Program-made: the position numbers and the translations under genes | DNA from: Lingula anatina | Lineage: Eukaryota > Animalia > Brachiopoda | Assembly: GCA_051362555.1 (NCBI GenBank) | Contig: CM120645.1 | Location: 10,168,001-10,232,000 of the forward strand | Direction: 5' to 3' | DNA: 64,000 nucleotides | The notes under the pieces: model-generated | What the model was told of the DNA's origin: nothing | Databases searched by the model: none | What the model saw: the letters and a program-made list of their open reading frames with translations, nothing else | Shown: positions 14,501 through 26,413 of the stretch, one piece after another | Layout of the letters: every line of letters starts with the position of its first letter | How positions within the stretch are numbered: position 1 is the stretch's first letter

Positions 14501-15367
14501 AACGTTGAAATGCCAACGTTGAATTTGTTGTCGTTGAATCAACGTTGAATCAACGTTGAAATGCCAACGTTGAATTTGTTGTCGTTGAATCAACGTTGAA
14601 TCAACGTTGAAATGTCAACGTTGAATTATGGTCGTTGAATCAACGTTGATTCAACGTTTATCAACGTCTCAACATAAATTCAACGTTGATTCAACGTTGA
14701 ATCAACGTTGTGTGCCTGCTGGGTAAGTATTCAACATGTACATGCAAGTCATACTATAAAAAATATGACTTTAAACGTGATTTAGTAAATACTAACACTT
14801 GTGAAAAAAAAAAATCGACATATTGCACACTTATACAGTACCTTCAGGAAAGAGATTCCAGATTTTCTTCCAATTGTCTTCATCTTCCCAAGCATCTTTG
14901 TTGCTCAGCCGTATGGATTTGTAAGCACGAAGGGAAAATTCTTTCATTTTTGTTTGCAGGTATATGGGGACTATAATTATACCATCAGTGTTTTCTTCAG
15001 TTTTGTAGTCTACTATGTTATAATGGATGTCCAGCAACATGGACTTTGGATCTTTTTCGCTTTCATCCAGATGTTTTTTCCTCTTTTTACTATCACGTAC
15101 TTTTCCTAAATACCCATCAGTCATAACCATTATGACATGGTTAGATTTTTCTACCGCAGAATAAATTTCACTAGCTTCGTTTTCTCCAGCTTTTATCATC
15201 AAGTGTGGAAGAAAGCAATGAATGCCACATCTTTCAGCTTTTTCTTGAAGAAGTTCCACAAACTCGTAGGATAATTTGACAGAGTCGGTGTTTTCTTCCC
15301 CTGAGAAACAGCCATCATACACCACAGTAAAATGATAGCTGTCTCTTACAGGCAAACTGGTAGCCAT
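8517..15367 (-). CDS. Gene A: TIR domain + IRAK/Pelle-like pseudokinase, 496 aa, 9 coding exons (14842-15367, 11196-11270, 10881-10976, 10620-10702, 10115-10182, 9779-9949, 9182-9378, 8867-8964, 8517-8693)
   Basis: All introns are GT-AG and the phases join into one 1491-nt ORF. Kozak-like GCCGGCCATGG. TIR: YHFTVVYD..FVELLQEKAERCGIHCFLPHLMIKAG..EIYSAVEKSNHVIMVMTDGYL..IIIVPIYL. Kinase fold: LGKSRYGDFFEG, IAVEV, FIKERTIGYIRHPFLLPL, LMYPY, RCRIMYQVCGGLQYLH, ILHMNIKPSNILLD, RFHG, YQDPDF, YDVFSVGVVMWRL, LALECV..RINL. Confidence 0.85.
12400..13523 (-). mobile_element. Degenerate Gypsy LTR-retrotransposon 5' fragment (LTR end, PBS, gag, aspartic protease) inside the CACTA-like element
   Basis: Minus strand reads ...CATCAACA-C-TGGAGACGAGGAT (13378-13392), i.e. 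an LTR end followed by a TGGCGACGAG-like PBS. Gag-like remnant RWLDSL..FADGKGL; protease-like IEIGGINL..LPDSGAYCNITDENTW. Frameshifted. Confidence 0.7.
14180..14710. repeat. 54-bp tandem subterminal repeats built from TCAACGTTGA palindromes
   Basis: Visible periodicity; the overlapping ORF 14309-14593 repeats an 18-aa unit (54 nt). Confidence 0.9.
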
Positions 15368-15563
15368 GGCCGGCTTGCAATACCTGCTGGTGAAAAAAAT
15401 AATAGTAAAGCAATTCTTAAATTAAGTATGAATAAAAACAGTCAGGAGCTCAGTGGTTTGTTAAGTTGTTATATGCAAACAATTACCAGCCATGTAATTA
15501 TCCTTGACTCAGCAAAGGGTCGCAGTAGAGTGATTAGACATCTACAAGTAATTAGTGAAAAAT

Positions 15564-15733
15564 CGGGGGCTTCTCGATAGTCCGAAGGTTCATTGGTCTG
15601 AAAAATGGTAATATTTTCTTAGTTTTTTTCTATTTAATCAAGGGGTTCATTGGTCCGAAGGTTGTATAGTGAACATTCGGACCAATGAACCGTCGGACTA
15701 TTGAACCTTAATTCGGACCATGGCGTGGCCCTG
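15564..15733. mobile_element. Short deletion derivative (MITE) of the 20127-27127 element family
   Basis: Begins CGGGGGCTTCTCGATAGTCCGAAGGTTCATTGG, like 20127, and carries inverted TTCGGACCAATGAAC units. No clear TSD. Confidence 0.7.
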
Positions 15734-15958
15734 GTAGAGGGTAAATTAAAGCTAGCATACACGTACCTAAAATGCAGCGGACATCAAAAATCGTCAGTAG
15801 GAACTAGCACATTGACATGTTAAGGTTGAATCTGCCACTCTGCTTAAAGAATGGGGCCCTAGATTAAAATTGTCGAATTTTAATTGTCGTTTGCAGAGTA
15901 AAAAAAAAGCACACTGTGTGCACGTGTCCTTGTGTGAGTGCCAAAAAAATTAGTCCGC

Positions 15959-15969
15959 AAAGTGAAAGT
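15959..15969. promoter_or_regulatory. Candidate IRF/PRDM1-type site AAAGTGAAAGT upstream of gene A
   Basis: Matches the IRF-E-like consensus ~600 bp upstream of the gene A ATG. Motif match only. Confidence 0.3.
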
Positions 15970-16548
15970 AGATTAGAGCCAGCATTAACTACACACTTTA
16001 CCTTTTGAATTACTTGAAGTTCCCCAAAGTTCACCACTTAACCTCTGTTAACGATCGTAACATGAAAATAAAATATTCTCTCAGCAAGGAGTTCCTTAGT
16101 GTAGTACATTCCAAAATTCCTCCCCACGAGCCCGCTCCCTATTATAATTTTAATAAACATCAATATAGGTGCTGGTTCCAGCACAGAAGCATGTCACATT
16201 CAGGCCATGTGTTACATTTCATCTCAGGCTACGTAGTTTATGTACAATAAAACACCAGCTCCAAGTACTTCTCTTGATATAGACACCTTTGCAAGTATTT
16301 CTGAGACTTGTCACATTCCTTGAAGATTGTGAAATTTTTACCAGTCGACCCCTGCTAAGGAGTCTCACATTTTTCATGCAGCTGAAAAATTGGATTTTTC
16401 TAAGAGAATTTGATGCAATTGATGCATGAATGTACAGGATACAGATATATTTACAAACAAGGATTACTAAAACCTACTAATACTAATTTCATACTGTGCC
16501 TGCCAGCATTAAGGGAAATTTAATTTAAATTGCCAAAGAGGAAATCCA

Positions 16549-16637
16549 ACACACACACACGCATGCACACGTGCGCGCGTACACACGTGCGCGCACGCAC
16601 ACACACACACACGCACACACACACACACACACAAACA
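16549..16637. repeat. (CA)n/(CG)n compound microsatellite
   Basis: Alternating purine-pyrimidine tract. Confidence 0.9.
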
Positions 16638-16737
16638 CAAAACAAAAGCTGTCCCATCTTTAAAACTGTTTTAATGCTTTGGAAGGTAAGGCCTCGAGAT
16701 TTTTATCTATAAAACGTGTTAGCAGGACGGGGTCTTA

Positions 16738-17531
16738 GGGACCATTCCCAGACCCTATCGCGTACTAGCTGTGGATCAATCTATCTCTCAAAGCAGGGAT
16801 ATAATTTTCTGCTCAGAGGGGATTCTAGCTAAATGCTATCAAGTTAAACGTCATGCCAATTTTGCTTCAACTTACTAGAAAGTGATATGAAAAATGCACC
16901 GGTGAAAGTTCTTCTTCACAGTGGACAGTTAGACTCAAAACTTTGTGACCTGAGATGACATCTACATGTAGCCCCTGAGGGGACACGTGGGTGTCGCCAT
17001 GTTGCCTGTCACCCGTCCGGCAGCCATATATATCAAGCGAGGGGGATTTTTTTTATTGCGGTCGCAATTTAAGTGAGCAGAGGGAATGTTTGTAAGTGAT
17101 TCCAGGTCTTGATGATCGGAACAGTAGTTAAACTGTGAACAGTAAGTAAACCAGGTTATTCAAGGAGGCCTACTTTAAAGTACTAGTAGTTGAATCGAAT
17201 GCTACATTTACTTTCATTTTGTAGTATGAATAGGTCTTTAAAATTTTTATATCTCATTCAGGTTAAAAGTTATTAATTTCTTAGACTGGGTTCCCATCCC
17301 TAGATCGATCCATGTGGATCGTCTAACTCCCTATAGGGAGTCTCACTAAATTGGCATCAACTCATCCAGCTTAAATGTCTGTCACGCCTACCGAATCAGC
17401 TAGGGTAAAGATATAATTACCCCCTAACAGCTTTACTAGGCGTGACAGACAATTGACCCGGTTAGGTTGATAATAGACAGTGAGACTCCCCAGGGAGATA
17501 GATCGATCCAAATATCTGTGGGAATGGTCCC
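16738..17531. mobile_element. PIF/Harbinger-type MITE
   Basis: TIR GGGACCATTCCCA (16738-16750) / TGGGAATGGTCCC (17519-17531); TTA TSD (16735-16737, 17532-17534). Related remnants lie at ~29165-29392 and ~31207-31415. Confidence 0.8.
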
Positions 17532-17582
17532 TTATTGACACCATGTCTGTCAATTTTCAAAAATGAGTCAGAAGCTGCATCA

Positions 17583-20115
17583 CTTTTTATGCCATCACCT
17601 GCGTCTGTCGTTGCTGTCGTCGCCGTCGTCGGCACTTTCAGCGTAAACACAATAAGTGGAAGACAGTTTTACTTCTTGGCTTTATATTTACAGAGCTGAT
17701 GAATATTCATAAAACGCAGGTCAAGTTTGAAAATTAGCATGATCGGGCCATTATTGTAGAAGTTATGCTGTTTTTTCACTTTTCAGCATATATGCAACAC
17801 TGTAAACACATTTCAAGGAAAACCAGTAGGCCTGTTGTCATGAAACTCAGAGGAGTAATCAATCTTACTAAAACGCAGGTCAAGTTCGAAAATCAGCATG
17901 ATCGGTCTACTATTTAAGGAGTTATGCTGTTTTTTCACTTTTCAGCATATATGCAACACTGTAAACACAATAGAAGAAAAACAGATAAGCCAATTGACAT
18001 TAAACTCACAGGAGTGGTCAATCTTACTAAAATGCAGGTTGAGTTCGAAAATCAGCATAATCGGGCCATTATTTTAGAAGTTATGCTGTTTTTTCACATT
18101 TCCTCAGATTCAATTCTTAGGCATGTTAACAGTCTCATTATTTAACTAATAAGATACGTTTAAGTGTTTGTTTGACATTTCCTGCATCTTTACAACATTG
18201 TTAGTTGATTAAGTAAAAGTGATGGTAAACTTGTTATCGTGTATTGTGCAGTTAAGTTTCAAAATTGGAAATAAACTCATATCATTGCAGTTTGTCAGAT
18301 TCAATCATTCACTATGTTCAGAATCTCAGAAAGGAGGAAGTTGGACATTTAGCACTGTTCTATTGATATTTTTCCCATCTCATCAATTTTCTTAGTTGAT
18401 CATATAAAAATGGCAGTAAACTGTTAATTTTGTTTTATGTTAAAAAATTGTTTAAGATGGGAAAAAAACCATTTAAGAACAGTGCTGTCTTGTTTACATT
18501 TTGGCATTTTCAAGGTGTGACTTTGAAGTTCCATGGGCCTGAAGACCTTTGCTAGTCCCATTTTCTGAATATCCATGATACTAATATTTTATTATTAAAA
18601 ATTGATGGTCATTATGCTGTTAAACGTTATGTAATGTTGCGTTATGTAAAATTTAAAGAATCCCCTATTTTGGGCACTGCTCCCATGATGACCATTTAAG
18701 GAAAACTGTGTCACTTACTGTTCTCAAACTTACAGGAAAGAAACATGGGACTAAAATACAGCTTCAGTAGGCAATGCAGTCTGTTTGGTAAATTTTTTCT
18801 GGCAGTTGAACAGTTTTTTGTGAAAATTTTATTTTTCACATATTGGCATTTTCAGGGGGTGACTTAGAACCTCCACTGGCTTGAAGACCCATGCTAGTCA
18901 CATTTTCTGAAAATCCATTACACATATATTTTATTATTAAAAGTTGATGGTCATTATGCTGTTAAGCATTATGTAATGTTGCATCAAAATAGACTAGAAG
19001 AAAACACAATTTTGGGTGCTGCTGCTATGGTGACCATTATGGGAAAACCATGTTACTTATGATTGTCAAACTTTCAAAAAAGAAACACAGGACTAAAATG
19101 CAGCCTGAGTTGGAAAAGCAGTCTAATTGGCTTCTTTTTCTGGAAGTTATACATTTTAGTGAAATATTCATTTTTATTGTGTTGGCATATTCATTGTGGG
19201 ACTCAGAGCTCCCATGGACATGAAGCCAAATGGATGCAAATTTGCTACATGTCCATGCTATTTATAGTCAATAATCAAAATTGGTGATAATTATTCTGTT
19301 ATTTATTATGTCATGTTACATCAAAATTGACAAAAATCTTTTTGCACTGCTACTACAAACATTATGAAAAGAAAACTGTGTTACTTATTATTATTTTTAA
19401 CTGACAAGTTTGATTTTTAGGATTGGAATGCAGTTCAAATTAGAAAGCCAGCTCAGCTGGGTTATCATTTATTATTGAATTTATGCAATTTTGTGTGAAA
19501 TTTTCATTTTTCTCATTCTGGTATTTTCAAAGTGTGAACTTGAACTCCCATGGGCCTGAAGCCTTATGCTTGTTACACATTTTACTTACATTGGTATTAC
19601 CTGCTGAGCATAATTAAAATTTGATTTTGAATTTGCAGTTAAGCATAATGTACTTTTGCATCAGAATTGACAATAGCTTATTTTGTGCATTGTTATTTTC
19701 TGCTTTTTGTCTGTACATTTGACAGCTTTGCTGCCTTGTTTCACTCCTTATAATTCTGTGGGAACTTGAAATTTGTCCCAGAAAAAGTAAAGGAGCAAGG
19801 CATGAACAAACAGTTTAGAAATTTGATTCTAGAATTTTCCCAAGCAGGGTAATGACCATGAGAAAAACAGAAAGAAAATTATAGGGCCACAAGTGTGTGA
19901 AATGTGGGAAATACTGTACAAAATGATATAATGTCGTATCTTATAAAACAGGCAGTAGAAATTGGTGTCATGGTATATATTATATAATACATTTTTCTGC
20001 CCTTTACTGACTTTAGAAGAATTCAATTTAAAAATTTGCCTTTAATTTTTTTTACTTTCAACCTTTCCTAGATTGTCAAAACAGTGCCCAGCTGCAGGCA
20101 TGCAGTAGTACTAGC
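17583..20115 (+). mobile_element. Old non-autonomous element (HINE-like) with 159-bp and ~340-bp internal tandem repeats
   Basis: Starts with a T-run and a (GTC)n-like microsatellite. AAAACGCAGGTCAAGTT-like unit at 17711, 17870, 18029; TGGCATTTTCA..CCATGGGCCTGAAG-like unit at ~18502, 18844, 19183, 19519. Boundaries approximate. Confidence 0.5.
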
Positions 20116-22419
20116 TGTTGTTGTTGCGGGGGCGTCTCGATAGTCCGAAGGTTCATTGGTCCGAAGGTTCATTGGTCCGAAAATTCGTAAATTTTTCATC
20201 AGATTTTCAACAAAAAGGTTCATTGGTCCGAAGGTTCATTAGTCCGAAAATTAAAGGTCCATTGGTCCGAAGGTTCATTAGTCCGAAGGTTCGATAGTCC
20301 GAAGGTTCATTAGTCCGAAGGTTCGATAGTCCGAAACATTTTAAGATGTTCTTCGATTTTAAGAATTATAATTACAAACGGAATCTAAGGGTGCGTTCCC
20401 AACGAAACTATCAGTCTACGTAGATTGATCCAACTCCACCAGGATTCTCACTGTATGCAATCAGATTAGCAATCCTGGAGCAGCTAGGGGGTGATTAACG
20501 TTCGTGTGAACTCAGCTGCAGCTTCTAAAAATCTTTATCATTTCGTTTTGAGTGCGACCGAAACGCACGTGAAAATTATCCATATAGGTCGTATTGTTTC
20601 CGTGAACTACTCTTTACAATGTGGGGAAGTTTGGGGATATGCAATGGCTACCCTCTCCAACTCATGAACACCATACATGTTTCACATGAAATATTGAATA
20701 AAGATTGGAACGCATAAAATGAGAGGACGCTTATAATGACATTTAATCGAATGGCCTGTGCTATTATTTTTGAATTGTATAAGAACACATTACTTAAAAG
20801 GACACAAAAGAGGATTTTCGCGCCAAAATTGATTTATCCTGATTTATCCCGAGGTTAACACTACTTTTCCGCGATTTACCAACCTTTAATCTATCATTCC
20901 CGGCACTCGCCATCGCTCTGTAACATTTTTGGAAAATACAATAAAAAGAAAACCTCCGCTTAAGCGGAGGTTTACCAACAACCACCTCCATTTTCATAAT
21001 TGAGCTCTCTAGACTTCCGGATCTCGCGAGATTCTCGTATTGCGACCTAGTTAAAACCAGTTCAAGCTGCCGGGAAAGGACAACGTGAAACAGGAGGCTC
21101 AGTTATGCTGGGAGTCCTTCGAAGAAGCGAAGACAGATAACAAAAAGAAAAAAGAAACAGCCTTTACAAAAAACATGCGTAAAACAGTGTATCAGCAAAT
21201 GTACGACAGGCAAACAATAAACACCGGCGAGGAAGAAGGCAGATGAAAACCTGCTTGGGTGGCCATGGATACGAAGAATGGCCTGGCCGCGAAGTATTTA
21301 CTGGATTTGTGAGTACCATATACAATAATCTTTGAGATAAGACACCAGTGAAAATATTTATTAAGCACAGAGATTTATGTTTATTTACGTGTGTTCGTTG
21401 TATATCTTAACGATTGTCAGGCTCGTCTGTCAAAATATGCCATGAAATTGTAACTAATATGAGTGGTATCGATGACAGAAATTGCAAGTGTTGCTCATAT
21501 GTCGACTCTGACAGGGTTTGGGTTAGTTTATAGAGCAAAGAAAGTTTAAATAAAAACGGACATGGTGGGAGATACTAGTCTCATTACATATACATTACAA
21601 TGACCAGGGCGAATTTTTGACTTACCGAGGGCACATTTCTTGTGCCTCTAACATCTAGGCATACCACAGTAATTAAGACATATGACAAAGATGCTATTTC
21701 TTTAGGCATCTAAATCCCAAAATGAATGCGCAGAAGCTGTTATTGTATCTAAGTTTAACCCAATGTTAAATGGCATGTCAACTATAAGTGAAAATAAATA
21801 GTAGTATTTTGATTTAATATTTTAAAGACAATTTGTCTCCTTTTTACATTAAAAATAAATAAATCAGAAAGGGGATATTGCATGTTTATGTTTGGTACAT
21901 CTCTCTAATGTATTAAATAGTCCAGAGTTATAATTTAGATCATACAATTTTAACTTCCAACCAGTATTTCGGAGATTAAACCAATATGAAGTGATCAAGA
22001 AACTTCAAAATTAAGTTGTAGTTAATACTAGTGCAGTTGAAGATGACAGTCTAGATAATTTAAGGTGATCATATTGAGAAAAATGGCATTTATACTTATT
22101 TCAGTTGAGTTTTATACTTATTTCAGTTATGTTTTTACATAATTTTTCTCAAACTCGATTATCTTATTTTATGTACTGTTGCTTTTTTTTTTTTTTTTTG
22201 GTTGCAGTATCAAGGTAACTTTTACCTATGGTATGCCTGAACTGGAAGAAGTGCAGATGGAAGAGGTGAAGATGCTGAAGAAGAGGGAATTAAAGGATCC
22301 TGATGATCCAACATGGGACTAAAACATGTCTTTAGAGTAAGCAGAATTTTAATAAGCTGATATTCACTCCTCATATATTAGGCATATAGGTGCATGATTT
22401 CTCTTTTATCAATTTTTTT

Positions 22420-23021
22420 TCCAAATTGGCGACACATAATGTAAACATAATGCAAGACTCTATTTCCTCCGTCAACTGAAACGAGCTAAGCTTTACCAAA
22501 GTATTGTGCACTCAATTTTAGAATATGCCTGCCCTGTGTGGCATCCAGGACTAACTATAGAGCAATGCAAACTCTAAGAGACTGACCAAACTCGTGCTTT
22601 GAAGATTATTTTCCCTGACCTATACTATGATGAAATCCTGAACCTGGCATATGTGTACTTTAGATAAACGAAGAGATCTGTGCAAAACTTTCTTTTACAA
22701 AATAACTGAATCCTCTGACAAACTGAATCACATCTTTATTGATCAATCCAATCGTCTTTTAAGATCAAACAATAGTAACAAAGTGCCACAATTTAAGACC
22801 GACAGATTCTGATGCTCTTTATTCCGTATGCACTTTTAAATTTCCAATAGTATTATGTTGTCTTTTATCCTAAGTACAATAATTTTAAAGTTCAATTAGC
22901 AGTCTTTTAACTCAGTTTTATTCAAGCAAATATTCACTTTATTTTCATTATAATTTTCTTAACACTATGTACAACTTCAACCCACTGGGTTGCAATCTTA
23001 ATAAATTATTATTATTATTAT
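22420..23021 (+). mobile_element. 5'-truncated CR1/L2-clade LINE 3' end
   Basis: Degenerate RT C-terminus RLYFLRQLKRA..YQSIVHSILEYACPVWHPGLT; 3' hairpin CAACCCA-C-TGGGTTG, then AATAAA and an (ATT)n tail. Confidence 0.8.
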
Positions 23022-24519
23022 TTTGATTTGCTTTTTTAGACCTAAAGGTTATGAGCAACTGCCAGTATGATGTCCTGAAGAAGAGTTTTTTACATGGAAG
23101 AGGAACTCCATGGCTCTCCACCAAAAAAAGATGAACTTTTCTTGAGGGTCCAAAGCGGGGACGAGTTGGATAGTGAGAGACTTTTCCTGACTTTCGAGTG
23201 CTGCTTACAGGATATATTCAGTGAACTCATCTAGCCAAAGTGACAAAGCATAATCTGCTGACTTCAAACCATCTAGCACTAACATGTATGCTATAATGCA
23301 GACAGATTGGAAATCAAGGTGGTCTTTCCTCCCAAACCTAAGTCATATGCATGATATTGAGAATAAACCATTTTGGTCCAGCATTTACTTCTTAAAACTT
23401 AATGACATCAAATGTATTATGGAATATGGTACTGGTGGCATATTGTGATTTCAACTTGATTTTAAACCAGTGTGTTGTTAGATTTTGTAAGATCACCAGT
23501 TGCAGTTTTGTGACTTTGTTACAGCATAAAATTCTGTATTTGGCAAATGACTGCATGTCATTTCTTTTAAGACCTACAAAAATGGTTTGAGTGAACACTT
23601 GTGCCTGTATTCAATTCTCCACTCAGCCATTATTTAGAATTCATGCAGGGAAGCTATGCCTGTATTTTTTAAAGAAATATTTATACCTTTCTATTTATTC
23701 CCTGCACATCTTGGAAAAGTATGTGTGAATATCTTACTGATGAAACAATTTATGTTTGTGTAAGTTGGGTTGGTCCTTTCTTATGACACATCCCTTTGCA
23801 TGGAGACAGCTCACATGAGTCAATACACTGACAGAGAGGGGGATAATTTGTTGATCTGCAATCCTCATGGGTCTGCATGTACATCAGACTCTTAACATGA
23901 TAGCCTGGCTATTAATAAGTCTCTCTCAAAAATGTTATCATACTATAATGTGTACTGCACAATGTGAAAGTTTGTGAATGCTTGAATAGAAGGCTTATTT
24001 ATGAAGATGGCATTAATGAGTATGAAAATAATTATGCATTCTAGCTTACAGAATCTGTGTATGTCTTATTCATTACATGTGACAGGTAATAATAAAGATG
24101 ATTTGGCCAAATTCCAAACTTATGTAGCAAACTTTGTTTATTCTTGTATTTTTGCCAAATATAAATAAAAGATGTTTCAATATTTAAACTTTTATTTCAT
24201 TCATAATCTCTACCCAGTTAATGCTTCATTGATACTGCAGCTTATGCTTTGTACATAACAATATGTTAATTAATAATAACAGTTGGATAGTACATGTTAA
24301 TTTACTAAAGGGCTAGTTCTTAGAAAAACATGTTCGACATTAAAATATATTCTAAAAAAGTTTTCAAGTATTGCATTAGAATTGAATCTTTGGATGTATT
24401 TGACAAAATTATAAAATTATTGAAGAGTTGACAATGCACAGAAAATAAAGGCCTTGAGGCTCTCGCTGATCTCAGTCTTGTCACTTTAAATACATGTACA
24501 TGGGCATTATAATATAAAA

Positions 24520-24685
24520 CTGTTCACTCGGTTTTGGTAAAAGGTGGTGGATCATGTGGTCATCGCTGCAAATTTTTTGTAGCAGTCTTTTACACAACTT
24601 GTCACACCGACATTGAAGTGATGCAGTATTGTAAGATTGGAGTGCTTCCTGGTATGAGTTTTCCAGACATAACTTGAGGCACTGT
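24520..24685 (-). mobile_element. Second LINE RT C-terminal fragment
   Basis: Minus strand translates CLKLCLENSYQEALQSYNTASLQCRCDKLCKRLLQKICSDDHMIHHLLPKP, typical of the CR1/L2-type RT tail. Confidence 0.6.
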
Positions 24686-26382
24686 AATAGTAAAATTACA
24701 TAAAATGGTTATAAAGAAAAAAATGTATTGATATTATCATAACAGCACTATTCTTTAACAAAAATCAACAAATTAGAGGGCATGATCACTACATGATAAC
24801 CAGCTTATTATAAAGAAGCAAGTCTGATTATGGCAAAAAAAAAATTAAATTTAAATATCTGCAGCTGCATTAAATCATAAAGGCCACAAGAAGAAATAAC
24901 ATAATCACACATGGTTTCAAAGAACTGATGTAAAAAAATCACACTAATATTCCCCACTTGGAATTAGAATTTTGACTAGCTAATTTACTACAGTAAAGTG
25001 CTAAACCGTACCAAATGGCACTGTTCACCCTCTAAAATACCAAAGTTTTAAGCAGGCCCAGGACCCCACGCCAACTAGGGGGGGTCGGCTTTGCATCCGC
25101 GGACCCCCCCCCCCCCCCTTTCAAATAATCCTGGATCCGCCCATGTTATACTGCTAAAATTATTAACATACCTGATCTCTTCACTCGTGCTTGAAGGGGT
25201 GTATCACCCAATTCCTCCTCTGAAAGGCTAAAAAATCATTCCTTATAATCATATTCATTGACAATATTATTAAATTTACAAATAAGCTAACGTAGTTACG
25301 TGCCGTACAAAGAACACCCTCTAACCCCACTAGTACTCGAGTTACATTGTATATCTCATGGGATTCCCCTGCGAGAATATGGTGTGAGGTTAGTCTGTAA
25401 GTACTGGTAGATGACCACATTGAGCAGAAAAGGGTATTCCTCCTGCTTTACAGAACTATACACCTCAGGGGTAAAGTGCACTATCTCGCTTCTTATAACT
25501 AGTAGTACGTACCCAGTGCGAGTGATTTGGCTGCGAGTGCGTTACCCGAGGAAACGTTAATTATTAGCAGTTATCTACGCTTTTTAACTTCCTCTGCCAG
25601 ACATTTTGATTTCCACTGCCATCTTCCCATTTTAAAGTACTTTTGGTAAATATAACTCGCTTACCTGCAAAGATTCGATGAGCAATTCCTCTTCTCCTTC
25701 ACGTCCACGCTCACCTTCGAAACGACATGCTGTCTGCATTGTTTACATCTCGTATCTGAGTCGAGAAGCCGCGTTATTTCAAACTGTGTCAAGATGGCTG
25801 ACGCCCGGGGTTCGAAAGTGGACGGTGAATATGATTCTTTTTTTCGATATTGATTAAGGCCATTTACCTGTCATTTTATGCTTTACCCATAGCAATTGTT
25901 GTCAGATAAGTTAAAAAAGAAGCAATCCATGCACTAAAAAGGCGTTTTTAATCCTATTTTTTGTCCCTTTAAATTATGTAAAAGTTATAGAATAATTGCA
26001 TTTCCAAACAAACTATGTTGTTGTTCGCACAGCCCACTCCCCTCCCCTCCCCCCCCCCCCCCCCCCAAAAAAAAAAAAGAAAAAAATAAAAAACAGCCGT
26101 TCCGCCAGCAGTATTGTATTACTCATAGGGATGAGGATGAATTAACTGGAGTGTAAACTTGGCATATAAACAAAAATTACGAGCATTTACGAAAACAAAC
26201 TTTTCCCTTACTAGGGCTTTAAACATAAAAATTGTATCAGAATACAGTAATATGCTCAAATATCCACAAATAGTAATACATATTTAATTCCACCCCCTCT
26301 TCCCCAGCAATACTGAAGGTGCTGAAACGTTTATAATCTGAAATAGAAATGTGGCAACGCCATATCAACCCGGTGGTCCTAT

Positions 26383-26413
<31 letters not shown>

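Larger units (their letters stand above)
11299..14723. mobile_element. CACTA/EnSpm-like (animal CCC-terminus type) non-autonomous DNA transposon in intron 1 of gene A
   Basis: TIR CCCAGCAGGCACACAACGTTGATTCAACGTTGAATCAACGTTGA at both ends; TA TSD (11297-11298, 14724-14725); palindromic TCAACGTTGA subterminal arrays. The uninterrupted empty site is present in the paralogous intron of gene B (~28771-28832). Confidence 0.85.
20798..25968. mobile_element. Decayed Kolobok-like DNA transposon nested in the 7-kb element
   Basis: TTAA TSD (20794-20797, 25969-25972). Imperfect TIR AAGGACACAAAAGAGGATT vs AGGGACAAAAAATAGGATT (RR termini). Convergent gene starts near each end: plus exon ..YDRQTINTGEEEGR*..AAKYLLD|GTGAGT (~21100-21308) and minus exon MQTACRFEGE..LQ|GTAAG (~25665-25739). 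Confidence 0.6.

Noticed and set aside
14309-14593. ORF with 18-aa repeats (IQRQQIQRWHFNVDSTL)
   Set aside because: Translation of 54-bp transposon subterminal repeats; not a gene.
20138-20335. Short regularly spaced repeats resembling a CRISPR array (also 11313-11480 and 26950-27115)
   Set aside because: No unique spacers, no cas genes, eukaryotic context; these are inverted subterminal repeats of DNA transposons.
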